Source: Candidatus Limnocylindrales bacterium (GTDB lineage: Bacteria > Chloroflexota > Limnocylindria > Limnocylindrales > CSP1-4). From it: DNA of 64,000 nt. The stretch's first letter is position 1. Every line of letters begins with the position of its first letter. Made by a program: the position numbers and the translations under genes. The notes under the pieces are model-generated. The model was not told where the DNA came from, ran no database searches, and saw only the letters and a program-made list of their open reading frames with translations. Below, piece after piece: positions 28,772 to 38,379 of this stretch. The stretch lies in the NCBI GenBank assembly GCA_049514315.1, contig JBEKVD010000003.1, positions 6,049-70,048 of the forward strand. Reading direction: 5' to 3'.

Positions 28772-29455
28772 ATGGCTTCTCGAGCGCTTTCAGCCGTGGC
28801 GTCGTCCTTGCTGGACGCGGCGCTGCCGGCTGCCTGTGCGGGCTGTTCGGAGGAGGGAGAGGCCTTTTGCCAGAGGTGCCGGCAGGCCCTGGACGTTCGG
28901 TTGGACCTGCCCGCCGGCGTCCCGCTCGGGCTGCCCTCCGCGACGCCAATCCCCCTGGTGCAGCTGGAATGGTGCGCGCAGTTCTCCGGCGCCGTGAGAG
29001 CCGCGGTGCACCAGCTGAAGTACTCGGGCGAGCGCCGACTGGCGGGGCCGCTTGCGGCGTCGATGGCAGCTCGCTGGCGGGCTTCCGGAGCGGGCGGGGA
29101 GCTCCTCGTGCCGGTGCCCATCCACACCGAGCGGGCCAGGCGGCGTGGCTACGACCAGGCCGTCCTGCTCGCGACCGAAGTCTCTCGTCGGTTGCAGGTG
29201 CCCTGGCTGACAGCTTTGGAGCGGACGCGCGACACATCACCGCAATTCAGCCTGGGACGACGGGCCCGCCGCGCGAACGTAGCCGGCGCTTTTGCACTCC
29301 GTGGACCGTCGCAGGTTGCGGCCATCGGCGGCAGGTGGATAGTCCTGGTGGACGACGTCGTGACCACCGGCTCGACACTGGTAGCCTGCGCCGAGGCGCT
29401 GTACGGCGGGGGAGCTATCGCGGTGTCCGCGGTGACCGTAGCCCGCGAACAGTGA
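28772..29455 (+). CDS. comF: ComF-family phosphoribosyltransferase-fold protein (ComFC-like)
   Basis: N-terminal Cys cluster CAGCSEEGEAFCQRCR. PRTase motif WIVLVDDVVTTGSTL. Confidence 0.8.
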   Translation: MASRALSAVASSLLDAALPAACAGCSEEGEAFCQRCRQALDVRLDLPAGVPLGLPSATPIPLVQLEWCAQFSGAVRAAVHQLKYSGERRLAGPLAASMAARWRASGAGGELLVPVPIHTERARRRGYDQAVLLATEVSRRLQVPWLTALERTRDTSPQFSLGRRARRANVAGAFALRGPSQVAAIGGRWIVLVDDVVTTGSTLVACAEALYGGGAIAVSAVTVAREQ

Positions 29456-29641
29456 GGGGCAGGCGCGCCGAAACGCCGGCGCAAAGCGGTTCTGGCGCGA
29501 GCCGCGTACCACAAGCGCAGGGCCGGCCCTTCCGGCCGACTTCTATACTGGCCCTGTGGCATCGGCTCAGCCTGGTTTGCGTCCGCTCCGGTTGGCCGCC
29601 CGCCAACCCGGCGTGCGCGATTTGCGTTGCGGAGGTCAGCC

Positions 29642-30241
29642 ATGAGGACGATCGTCAAGGGCAAGAACATCGACGTCCCGGAGCCAGTCCGGCAGTACGC
29701 CGAGCGCAAGATGCGCCGGCTGGAACGGCTGCTGGACGAGAGAAGCGACGCGGTGGTCGAACTCTCGAGCGAGCAGCATCGCAGCTCTGCCGATTCCCAG
29801 ATTGTCGAGCTGACCCTGACCGTCGACGGGCAGACCCTGCGCAGCCATGCTAGTGGGCCCACCCACCAGGCCAGCCTGGACACGGTCATCGATCGGATCG
29901 AGCGCCAGGCGGTCGATGCGCGCGAGAAGCCTCGCAGCCGGGTCCGGCCCGAGGAAACCATGGCTCGACGGCTCGCCGGCGATGACACGGAGTCCATGGG
30001 CGAGCCCGAGATGCCCAGGTCGCGCATCGTCAAGACCAAGCGGTTTGCGATCGAGCCGATGTTCGAGGAGGACGCTCTCGAACGGATGGAGGAGCTCGGC
30101 CACCAGTTCTTCATCTTCGTCGACGCCGAAACGGAGAAGCTTGGCGTCCTGTACAAGATGGCCAGCGGCGACTACGGGCTGATCGAACCGGTGATCGGAG
30201 GCGGGTACACGCCCGGCCGCACGAGCCATCGGGCCGGCTGA
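29642..30241 (+). CDS. hpf: Ribosome hibernation promoting factor, long form
   Basis: MRTIVKGKNIDVPEPVRQYAERK N-terminal S30AE domain. C-terminal dimerisation domain RIVKTKRFAIEPMFEEDALERMEELGHQFFIFVD. GGAGG lies 6 nt upstream of ATG 29642. Confidence 0.9.
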   Translation: MRTIVKGKNIDVPEPVRQYAERKMRRLERLLDERSDAVVELSSEQHRSSADSQIVELTLTVDGQTLRSHASGPTHQASLDTVIDRIERQAVDAREKPRSRVRPEETMARRLAGDDTESMGEPEMPRSRIVKTKRFAIEPMFEEDALERMEELGHQFFIFVDAETEKLGVLYKMASGDYGLIEPVIGGGYTPGRTSHRAG

Positions 30242-30284
30242 TCGCGATCGAAAGCAGACCCCGACCGCCGGGGGTGATGGCCGC

Positions 30285-31346
30285 GTGACGCCAGATCGAG
30301 CGATGGATCCGGCCGAACTGATCGTTGCCGGACGGGCGGTCCTCTCCACGCGAGTCCAGCTGCCCGGCGGTCGGCGGGCTGGTGCGCATCTGTCCAGGAA
30401 GGTGGGCCTGGTCCGTGTCGCGGAGCGGGCGTCGACGATCGGCGCGTCCGCGCTGCAGATCTTCAGCGACAACCCGATGTCGTGGCGGCGCCGGGCGGGA
30501 CCGCCACCCAACGCGGAGACGTTTCGGCGGCGGCTCGCAGAACTCGACATCGCCCCCGTCGCAATCCACGCCCCCTATCTGGTCAACCTGGCCGGGCCCG
30601 ACGAGGAGCTGTTCGACCGATCCGTCGAGATGATTCGCCGCGAGCTCGCAGGCGCCCCCGACTTCGGAGCTCGCTTCGTGAACGTCCACGTCGGCTCGCA
30701 TCGCGGGACGGGCCGAGCCGCCGGCATGCGGCGGATCGCCGACGGCCAGGAAAGGGCCCTGGACGTTTCGCTCTCCGGCGGACCCGGTGCTCCAGCGCCG
30801 CTTCTCGTGCTCGAGAGCTCGACGGGCGGCGGCTCTACGATCGGCTCCACGATCGAGGAACTCGCCATGACTCTCGACGTGGCAGGCGCCAGGGGCCTCG
30901 ACGGGCGGCTCGCCATTTGCCTGGATACGGCCCATCTATGGAGCGCCGGCTACGAAATTTCGAGCCCCGCGGCGATCGACGACCTCCTCCGCACATTCGA
31001 CCGTCTGATCGGATTGTCGCGGCTTGTGATGGTCCACCTCAACGATTCTCATTCGGCCAGGGGGTCACGCCAGGATCGACACGCGCATCTCGGCGAGGGC
31101 CTGATCGGCCGTGAGGGACTTGCCCACCTGTTGTGCCATTCGGGCCTGGACCACGTCGCCTTCTTCGTCGAGACGCCGCTGATGGAGGAGGGCTTCGACG
31201 CCGTCAACGTTGCCCGTCTCGGCGATCTGGCGGCCGGCCGGCCGCTGACGCCCGGACCGACCGCGGCGGCCGGGCCCCGAACCGATGCGACGCAGCGATG
31301 CCGGCCGGACCAGCATCTCGAACCCACCATTGCCACGAGACGATAG
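30285..31346 (+). CDS. nfo: Deoxyribonuclease IV (AP endonuclease family 2)
   Basis: ALQIFSDNPMSW, IHAPYLVNLA, VHVGSH, ICLDTAHLW, VHLNDS and HAHLGEG metal-ligand motifs. The exact start is uncertain (30285-30330). Confidence 0.88.
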   Translation: MTPDRAMDPAELIVAGRAVLSTRVQLPGGRRAGAHLSRKVGLVRVAERASTIGASALQIFSDNPMSWRRRAGPPPNAETFRRRLAELDIAPVAIHAPYLVNLAGPDEELFDRSVEMIRRELAGAPDFGARFVNVHVGSHRGTGRAAGMRRIADGQERALDVSLSGGPGAPAPLLVLESSTGGGSTIGSTIEELAMTLDVAGARGLDGRLAICLDTAHLWSAGYEISSPAAIDDLLRTFDRLIGLSRLVMVHLNDSHSARGSRQDRHAHLGEGLIGREGLAHLLCHSGLDHVAFFVETPLMEEGFDAVNVARLGDLAAGRPLTPGPTAAAGPRTDATQRCRPDQHLEPTIATRR

Positions 31347-31353
31347 CGATGTC

Positions 31354-33123
31354 ATGTTGGAATCCGGAACGATCGGGTCGGTCGCCGGCGTGAGCGGAGT
31401 GAACCCGGTCGATGAAGAGCGCGCCTTCGAGCCGGACCACAAGCCGGCCGGAGCGGTCCCGAGGCGGGCCGCCTCCTGGCCCGCCGGGCGCTTAGCTGCG
31501 TCGGGGCGCGAGCTGGCCTGCCTCGGCGCAATCCTGGCCCTCGCGGCCGCCCTGAGGTTCGTCAACCTGCCGGCCCGCGGCGGCTGGGACTCAGACCAGG
31601 GCACTTCGATGCTGGACCTGCACCGGGCTATCTCGACGGGCCAGCTTCCAACGTTCGGCCCGCTGTCCAGTCTGCTTACCTTCCATCACGGAGCCCTGTA
31701 CTACGACCTGCTCTTGCCCGCGGCGTGGCTTGGCAGCGGCGACCCCACCTGGGTCGTCGCCGAGATCGCCTTGCTGAGTCTCCTCGTAGTTCCCATCGTG
31801 TGGTGGATCGCCAGGTCGATTGGAGGGCCGGCGGCAGGGCTTACGGCAGCTCTTCTGGCGGCGGTCTCCGCCAGCCTGATCGGCTACGCGACGTTCATCT
31901 GGAATCCGACTCTCGTCGAACCGGGCGCGGCAGTCGCCTTCCTTGGCGCATGGCAGGCGCTGCGGACCCGCCGCGCGGGCTGGTGGGTGCTATCGGCGGT
32001 CGGCGCAACGGTGGCGATGCAGGCCCACGTCGCTGCGGCGATGATCGCTCTGCCGCTTACTCTGGCATTCCTGCTGGATCTACGACTCGGGCCCCCGGCC
32101 AGGCGCATCCGCATCGTTGCCTGGGGCCTGATCGGCGTCGGTGTTCTCGTAGTGTCGTACCTGCCGCTCATCGCCTACGAGCTCGGCCACAACTTCGCCG
32201 AAACGCGCGGCATACTCGCCTATTTCACCGATACGAGCTCGGTGTCCACGGCCGGTCCGGTGCAGCGGTTGATTCTCGCCACGGTTCGGATCATCGCCTG
32301 GCCGCTGACCCGCTGGCCTCTCGTGGATCGCATCGCTGCGGTCCCAGTGGCATTCATGGTCGCCTCGTCGATTCTCATCGGCCTGGCGTGGCGCCTGGGG
32401 GCCACTTCCCAGGCCCGGGAACCAGAGGGCCCGGATCCTGCGTCCGGATCGGCAGCGACCTCCTTGACTGCCCGGTCCGCCGGCGCTGCGGAGCCGGCCT
32501 TGCCATGGGGCGGGGAGGGCTTCGGCGTTCGAGTGATCGTCGGATGGCTGTTGATCCTGATTCTCGCCCTGGGCCTCGGCCTCCGCTCCGTTTCGGAGAT
32601 CCAGTCTCTTCCTACCGAGCAGTACCACGCCATCGTCGATCCCCTGGTACTGGTGGCGGCCGGGCTGGTCGTCGGCGGCCTTTGGAAGCAGGGTCGGCAG
32701 CGCTGGATGACCATCTCGCGTCGCATCGTCGCCCTTGCCGCGCTGGGCCTGGTGCTGACCTGGAACGTCGGACACTGGCCGCCGCTGACCTCGCCGGATG
32801 GAGGCTGGCCTGCAGCGCAAGCAGCCGCGACCAGGCTGGAACGAGACGCCGGCGGCTCGGCCATCGCGATCGTGCCGTTGTTCGCACCCGCAGGCAGTGA
32901 TGCATACCTCTACCCACTCGAGCGCGACGGTGTCACCGCTGTGGCCCCTGACCGGGCTACGACCGTGGTCCTGCTGTGCGACTCGACCTGGCTGACGGGC
33001 TGCGGCGGCTCCGCCGAAACCAGCTGGCTCGCCACGGACCCGGCCGCTCTGGGTCTGACTCGCATCGACCGCTTCGCGGCGGCCCCGGACAGAATCATCA
33101 GCGTGTACGTGCGCGTGCCGTGA
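31354..33123 (+). CDS. GT-C glycosyltransferase-like polytopic membrane protein (ArnT/PMT_2-like), paralog C
   Basis: About 11 TM segments and a C-terminal soluble region. First loop RFVNLPARGGWDSDQG. Weaker motif support than paralogs A and B. Confidence 0.6.
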   Translation: MLESGTIGSVAGVSGVNPVDEERAFEPDHKPAGAVPRRAASWPAGRLAASGRELACLGAILALAAALRFVNLPARGGWDSDQGTSMLDLHRAISTGQLPTFGPLSSLLTFHHGALYYDLLLPAAWLGSGDPTWVVAEIALLSLLVVPIVWWIARSIGGPAAGLTAALLAAVSASLIGYATFIWNPTLVEPGAAVAFLGAWQALRTRRAGWWVLSAVGATVAMQAHVAAAMIALPLTLAFLLDLRLGPPARRIRIVAWGLIGVGVLVVSYLPLIAYELGHNFAETRGILAYFTDTSSVSTAGPVQRLILATVRIIAWPLTRWPLVDRIAAVPVAFMVASSILIGLAWRLGATSQAREPEGPDPASGSAATSLTARSAGAAEPALPWGGEGFGVRVIVGWLLILILALGLGLRSVSEIQSLPTEQYHAIVDPLVLVAAGLVVGGLWKQGRQRWMTISRRIVALAALGLVLTWNVGHWPPLTSPDGGWPAAQAAATRLERDAGGSAIAIVPLFAPAGSDAYLYPLERDGVTAVAPDRATTVVLLCDSTWLTGCGGSAETSWLATDPAALGLTRIDRFAAAPDRIISVYVRVP

Positions 33124-33340
33124 CTTAGCCGGCCTGCCCGCGACCGGTTTGCTCGGCCGAACCGGGCCGGCGACCGGGTCGATGCCTCACTCGAACTCGG
33201 TCGGACGTTCGGCGTGGGCCCCTCGCCATCGCGGAACTCGACATCGGCGTTCACGTGTCGGGCTCAGGTATGCGAACGGAGGCCGGCGCACGAAGATGGC
33301 CGAACGAGCCGGGGGAAGACGACCGACCGGGAAACCTGGA

Positions 33341-33892
33341 TCAGCTGGCCTCGCGGCTTGAACGCCCGCGCACCGGCAGCGGCTGAGCCACCCGGCTGAC
33401 GGTGCGACCGGCGGTGGCCTCGGCGATGATCGACGCGCCTCGGCGGTCGTCGAGGAATCGGGGCGACCCGACCGATCCGCGATCGGAGCGCAACCCCCCA
33501 TAGACACGGCCGACGCGGCGCAGCCGCACGGCCAGGTAGTACTCCATCACCTGACGGACCTGCGGCTCCGAGAGGACGTCGTCGGCGCGCAGGGCGTATT
33601 CCACGCGTGCGCTGGGGTTCACGGTTCCGGTGTCGACGGCCCAGAGGTAGTGCGGCCCCTCGCCGTCATCGCGGATCTCACGGAGGCCTCGGGCCAGCTT
33701 GGTGGCGGTGCCCAGAGACGGCATGCGGTCGCCTCTGATCAGCCTGGAAATGGTCGAGTGGTCGACCCCAGACTGCTGCGCCAGCTGACGCTGCGACATC
33801 CTCTTGGCTTTGAGTTGGCCCCTCAACCACTCGTTGAAGGCTCGTCCGCCCTGTCCAGCCATATACCAGATGGGCTCCCCGGTGCGGTTCAT
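33341..33892 (-). CDS. XRE-family helix-turn-helix transcriptional regulator
   Basis: KRMSQRQLAQQSGVDHSTISRLIRGDRMPSLGTATKLARGL is a canonical Cro/C1 HTH. The C-terminal about 60 aa is low complexity, so the true stop or extent is less certain. Confidence 0.7.
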   Translation of the reverse strand: MNRTGEPIWYMAGQGGRAFNEWLRGQLKAKRMSQRQLAQQSGVDHSTISRLIRGDRMPSLGTATKLARGLREIRDDGEGPHYLWAVDTGTVNPSARVEYALRADDVLSEPQVRQVMEYYLAVRLRRVGRVYGGLRSDRGSVGSPRFLDDRRGASIIAEATAGRTVSRVAQPLPVRGRSSREAS

Positions 33893-34152
33893 TTGCCCGA
33901 TGGTTGAACTATCTGCGCGGACTCCGAAAGGGTGAATGACCTGTTGGTACTGCGCCGACGGCGACTTGTGGCCAACCCTTCGCCTGCAATCCAGGCGTCG
34001 GGTGGCCCAGCGCGAGGTTGGCTGTCATCGGCCCGATCCATGCCCGCGTTGAGGCCATCAGACACGAGTTGGAGCCCATTGAGGGAGTGACGAGGCGATT
34101 CTCGCTGGCACGTCGGAGCCGGCCCGACTGGACGGCCGGTCGAGACCTCGAC

Positions 34153-35295
34153 TCAGCCGGGCGCGGTGCTTGCCCGGATGACCTCTTCGACTTCGATTCC
34201 ACGGCCGCGGGGCTTCGACGAGATGACGTAGGCGATCGAGCCGAGAACGACGATCGAGAAGACGCTGATCGCCCTGTCTACGAGGATGATCGCCAGGGCA
34301 TGAGCCGGATCTGCCCTGAAGATCTTGGTGAGCACGAGGCCCATTCCGCCCTCCACGAGACCGAGCCCGCCCGGCGTGAAGGGGATAGCGGTGAGCAACG
34401 AACCGATGAGGGCGACGAACATCGCGCCCGAGAAGCCGAGGTCGACGTCGCTGAAGCCAAGGGCACGCACCACGCAGTACAGCCGCAGCGCCTCGGTGGT
34501 CCAGATGACGATCGTGAGCACGCCCAGGACCGGGAGGCCGCGCGGCCCAACCGATCCGAAGACCCCCTCCTCGAAGCGGTCGTAGAGCTCGGCGACACGA
34601 TGTGGCAGCGGCAGGATGGCGATGACGCGTCGACCGAAGTTGCGCATCACCACGAGGGCGACGATCAACACGACGACGACGACGACGCCAAGTGCGCAGA
34701 CCACCTGGGCGGTCTGGGGCAGGTCGTTCAAGCTCCCTCGGAAGCGCCAGTAGCCGGCCAGCACGCCGAGAGTGGCGATCGCGATCAGGTCGAGAATCCG
34801 CTCCATGAACACGGTGCCCAGGGTTCGAGTCGCCGACACCGGGCTGTTGAGCTTGAGCAGGTAGGCGCGGTAGAGATCGCCCAGCTTGGCCGGCACGATG
34901 CAGTTGACCAGCCAGGACAGGAAGAGGATCTCCGTGCCGTCCTTGACCCGAACCCGATAGCCGGCGCCCCGAAGAAGCTTCGTCCAGCGCCAGCCTCTGA
35001 GGGGAAACCCGGCGTAGTAGATGACGAATGCCAGGAGGACGAGCCGCGGGTCGGCCCGGCCGATGTCAGTGGGAACCTCGCTCAGGTACTCCCGATTGAG
35101 AATGACCGCGATGATGATGATCACCAGCGGGACAACGATCGACAGGATCGTCCTGGGCTCCCGCAGGCGTCGCGTGAGCGACATCTGGTCCGGCGGCGGA
35201 ACCTCGACCGCCCCTTCGGGATTGACGAGCGCGTCCACCTCAAGGCCGAGCGGATCCCCGATCGGATGGTGGTGGTGCTCTTGCGGTTCGGTCAA
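34153..35295 (-). CDS. UPF0104 / lysylphosphatidylglycerol-synthase-TM-like (flippase-like) membrane protein
   Basis: About 8 TM segments. CIVPAKLGDLYRAYLL signature. TTG 35295 overlaps the PHP gene stop (TTGA). ATG 35186 is an alternative start. Confidence 0.75.
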   Translation of the reverse strand: MTEPQEHHHHPIGDPLGLEVDALVNPEGAVEVPPPDQMSLTRRLREPRTILSIVVPLVIIIIAVILNREYLSEVPTDIGRADPRLVLLAFVIYYAGFPLRGWRWTKLLRGAGYRVRVKDGTEILFLSWLVNCIVPAKLGDLYRAYLLKLNSPVSATRTLGTVFMERILDLIAIATLGVLAGYWRFRGSLNDLPQTAQVVCALGVVVVVVLIVALVVMRNFGRRVIAILPLPHRVAELYDRFEEGVFGSVGPRGLPVLGVLTIVIWTTEALRLYCVVRALGFSDVDLGFSGAMFVALIGSLLTAIPFTPGGLGLVEGGMGLVLTKIFRADPAHALAIILVDRAISVFSIVVLGSIAYVISSKPRGRGIEVEEVIRASTAPG

Positions 35296-36035
35296 GTGAG
35301 CTCCCCCGGGCGCGCGTCGCCGCGGCGCAGGCCATTCCCGCGAAGAGATTGGATCAGTTTGGCCAGCGGCGTCCAGGCCCTGACGTAGAAGCTGGCCCGG
35401 CCGGGCCGCATGTCGACGGCAGCGAGCGCCGCGAGCAATCCCGCCGGCGAGCTCGGGTCGCCCGCGACGACGTTGTACGAAACCCCCACTTCCAGGACGG
35501 TATGCGAGTCCGAAGCGCACACGCCGGGCAGGGAGCGCGCCTTCGCGAAGATGGCGGCCTGCTCGTTCGCAGATCCGCCGACGACACGGGAGTTATAGGC
35601 CTCGATCCAATCCACCCTGTCGGCGATGTCGGCCAGGTCGGCACCGCTGCTGCGACCGTAGCCACGGTAGCGATCGAACGGGTGCGGCACGCCGACCAGA
35701 CCTCCCTGTGCGCGGATGGCCGCGATCGTATCCACGGCGGAAAGACCGGCCGGGACGACCTCCTCGACGAAGGCGGCGATCAGGTCGCCGTCGAGCGTCT
35801 TCACTTCCTCGCCGACTATCACCGTCAGCCCGTCCGGGGCGGCGTCACGGGCTCGCCGAGCCCCATCGATGCGGTCGTGGTCGGTAACTGCCAGGTGGGT
35901 CAGGCCGCGGCGCGCAGCCGCGCGGACGACAGCGGCCGGGCTGGCGAGCGAGTCGAAGCTCGCGCTCGTATGGCAGTGGAGATCGATGTACGCCCGATCT
36001 ACACCCCCGGCCGGTGTTTCCAGCGGGGAGGACAT
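35292..36035 (-). CDS. PHP-domain metal-dependent phosphoesterase
   Basis: IDLHCHTSASFDS, LAVTDHDRIDGA and VGVPHP motifs. ATG overlaps the mreB stop (TGATG). Confidence 0.8.
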   Translation of the reverse strand: MSSPLETPAGGVDRAYIDLHCHTSASFDSLASPAAVVRAAARRGLTHLAVTDHDRIDGARRARDAAPDGLTVIVGEEVKTLDGDLIAAFVEEVVPAGLSAVDTIAAIRAQGGLVGVPHPFDRYRGYGRSSGADLADIADRVDWIEAYNSRVVGGSANEQAAIFAKARSLPGVCASDSHTVLEVGVSYNVVAGDPSSPAGLLAALAAVDMRPGRASFYVRAWTPLAKLIQSLRGNGLRRGDARPGELT

Positions 36036-37036
36036 CAGACCTGAGGGCCCAGGTATTTCTTGAAGAACTCGAAGTGCTCCAGGGCGATACCGGTCCCGAG
36101 GGCCACGCACTGCATCGCGTTGTCGGCCACGTGGCACGGCACGCCGGTGACCTGGGTGAGGAGCTTGTCGATATTCCGAAGAAGCGACCCACCACCCGAC
36201 ATGACCATGCCCTTGTCGATGATGTCGCTCGACAGCTCGGGCGGAGTCTGCTCGAGTACCAGGCGGACGGCGCCGATGATCTGCTGAAGCGGCGGTTCGA
36301 TGGCCTCCATCACCTCGGAGCTGACGATCGAGATCGTGCGCGGCAGGCCGGCGATCAGGTCGCGGCCGCGGACGTCTATGGTCAGGTCGCGCTCGAGCGG
36401 CAGGGCGGTGCCGATCTGGATCTTGACCTCTTCGGCAGTGCGGTCGCCGATCATAAGGTTGTACTTCTTGCGGACATAGTTGGCGATCGCTTCGTCGATC
36501 CTGTTGCCGCCTACGCGCAGGCTGGTGGATACCACGATCGCGCCTAGCGAGATCACGGCGATCTCGCTCGTGCCGCCGCCGATGTCGATGATCATGGCTC
36601 CGGAAGGGCCGCTGATCGGCACGTTGGCGCCGATGGCGGCGGCCATCGGCTCCTCGATGAGGTATGCCTCCGAGGCCCCGGCCTTGAGGGCCGCGTCGCG
36701 AACCGCGCGTTTCTCAACGCTGGTTACACCTGCCGGGACGCTGATCATGACCTCCGGCTTGCCCCAGCCGAAACGACGACCTTGCTGGACCCGATGGATG
36801 AAGTGGTCCAGAAGTGCTTCGGTGATGACGTAGTCGGCAATGACTCCGTCTCGCATCGGCCGAATGGCCTGGATGTTGCCGGGCGTACGGCCGATCATCT
36901 CGCGAGCTTCCTCGCCGACCGCCACGATGTGATTCTGGTCGTCGACGGCGACTACCGAGGGCTCCTGCATGACGATGCCATGGCCCTTGACGTAGACGAT
37001 GATGTTCGCCGTACCCAGGTCGATGCCGATCTTCAT
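36035..37036 (-). CDS. mreB: Rod shape-determining actin homolog MreB
   Basis: MKIGIDLGTANIIVY, DIGGGTSEIAV and MSGGGSLLRNIDK phosphate/adenosine motifs. Confidence 0.95.
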   Translation of the reverse strand: MKIGIDLGTANIIVYVKGHGIVMQEPSVVAVDDQNHIVAVGEEAREMIGRTPGNIQAIRPMRDGVIADYVITEALLDHFIHRVQQGRRFGWGKPEVMISVPAGVTSVEKRAVRDAALKAGASEAYLIEEPMAAAIGANVPISGPSGAMIIDIGGGTSEIAVISLGAIVVSTSLRVGGNRIDEAIANYVRKKYNLMIGDRTAEEVKIQIGTALPLERDLTIDVRGRDLIAGLPRTISIVSSEVMEAIEPPLQQIIGAVRLVLEQTPPELSSDIIDKGMVMSGGGSLLRNIDKLLTQVTGVPCHVADNAMQCVALGTGIALEHFEFFKKYLGPQV

Positions 37037-38376
37037 GCCGGTGGCTGAGTCCCTTCCGAGAGCCGCTCGATCCTGGCCCCGAGTTCCAAGAATTTCGCGT
37101 CGATCTTCTCATAGCCGCGGTGGACGTGGTGCGCGCCCCGGATTCGAGTCACGCCATCAGCGGCAAGCGCGGCCAGGATCAGCGATGCGCCGGCCCTCAA
37201 GTCGCCGATCTCGACGTCGGCACCGTGCAGCGGCGTGGGCCCATGGATGACGGCGTGGTGCTGGTCGGAGATCTCCACTGTCGCCCCCATGCGGCGCAGT
37301 TCGCCCAGCCACTCCAGGCGGTCCTCGAAGACGGTCTCGTGAACGTGACTGACGCCTTCGGCCTGGGTCAGCAAGACGCACGTCGGAGGCTGCAGATCCG
37401 TGGCCAGGCCGGGGTAAGGCTGAGTCTCAATGTCGCTGCATCGCAGCGGGTTGAGGTCGGCGCAGGTAGCGTCCACCTCGATCGTGTCCGCACTGCAGCT
37501 GATCGAGACGCCCATCTCCCCCATCACGTTCAAGAACGCTCTGAGATGGTCGCACGGGGCCCCCCGGAGGGTGATGCGGCCGTGGGTGACGCCGGCGGCG
37601 ACGATGAATGTGCCGCTCTCTATCCGATCGGGGACGACCGAGTGGTCAGCGCCCCGGAGTCGTCGGCGACCCTCGATCTCGATCCGATCGGGCGCGATTC
37701 GTTCTACCTGCGCCCCCATCTTCCGGAGAAACGCGATGAGGTCGTCGACCTCGGGTTCCTGGGCGGCCGGCTCGATGACCGTGTGGCCGTCGGCCAGAAC
37801 TGCGGCAAGCATGGCGTTCTCAGTGCCCATGACGGTTATCTGGGGAAACTTGATCGGCCCACCACGCAGCCGACCGGGGGCCTTGGCGAAGTAGTAGCCG
37901 TTGCGGTACTCGATCTCAGCCCCGAGGGCCCGCATCGCATCCACGTGCAGGTTGACCGGCCGCCGGCCGATGCGATCGCCGCCCGGGTTGCTGATGATGA
38001 CCCGCCCGAACCGAGTCAACAGCGGACCGAGGAGGATGAAGCTGGCGCGCATCTTGGCAGCGGCCTCGAGCGGCACGAAGAGCCACTCCGCGTCGCCGGA
38101 TGCGATCTCGTAGACATTGGCGGTCGGGTGATCAACGGTTACGCCGATGTCCCGCAAGACCTCGGTCAGGACTCGCACGTCCTCGATCTCGGGCACGTTC
38201 GTGAAGCGACAGCGCTCGCCCGTGAGCGTAGCCGCTGCCATGAGCTTGAGAGCCGCATTCTTGGCGCCGCTGATGCGGACGGAGCCCTCGAGACGGCGGC
38301 CGCCCTCGATCCGAAGGACTTCCGGATCTACCGGTTCCGGCTTGAACTCCCAGTGAAACGGTCGAGCGTCAGCCAT
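37033..38376 (-). CDS. murA: UDP-N-acetylglucosamine 1-carboxyvinyltransferase
   Basis: VRISGAKNAALKLMAA, catalytic-loop region NPGGDRIGRRPV and GATVEI..HHAVIHG. ATGA overlap with mreB. Confidence 0.94.
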   Translation of the reverse strand: MADARPFHWEFKPEPVDPEVLRIEGGRRLEGSVRISGAKNAALKLMAAATLTGERCRFTNVPEIEDVRVLTEVLRDIGVTVDHPTANVYEIASGDAEWLFVPLEAAAKMRASFILLGPLLTRFGRVIISNPGGDRIGRRPVNLHVDAMRALGAEIEYRNGYYFAKAPGRLRGGPIKFPQITVMGTENAMLAAVLADGHTVIEPAAQEPEVDDLIAFLRKMGAQVERIAPDRIEIEGRRRLRGADHSVVPDRIESGTFIVAAGVTHGRITLRGAPCDHLRAFLNVMGEMGVSISCSADTIEVDATCADLNPLRCSDIETQPYPGLATDLQPPTCVLLTQAEGVSHVHETVFEDRLEWLGELRRMGATVEISDQHHAVIHGPTPLHGADVEIGDLRAGASLILAALAADGVTRIRGAHHVHRGYEKIDAKFLELGARIERLSEGTQPPA

Positions 38377-38379
38377 TCG

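Noticed and set aside
33909-34202. 97-aa minus-strand ORF in the gap between the XRE gene and the UPF0104 gene.
   Set aside because: It overlaps the 3' end of the UPF0104 gene, its composition is Ser/Arg/Pro-rich, and it has no RBS or motif. The gap is more likely the XRE promoter region, with a weak TTCACC-N17-GATAGT match just upstream of ATG 33892.
34018-35388. 456-aa plus-strand ORF, and similar very long ORFs at 38886..40487 (+), 50940..53123 (+), 8733..10046 (-), 15655..16929 (-), 43146..44403 (+), 28465..29853 (+), 37120..38613 (+) and 1682..2857 (-).
   Set aside because: All lie antisense to, or out of frame with, genes that have strong family motifs (UPF0104, atpD, prfA/DUF1385, MFS, GT-C, atpF/H, comF, murA). 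Their products are Arg/Pro/Gly/Asp-rich with no motifs. This is the classic high-GC shadow-ORF artefact.
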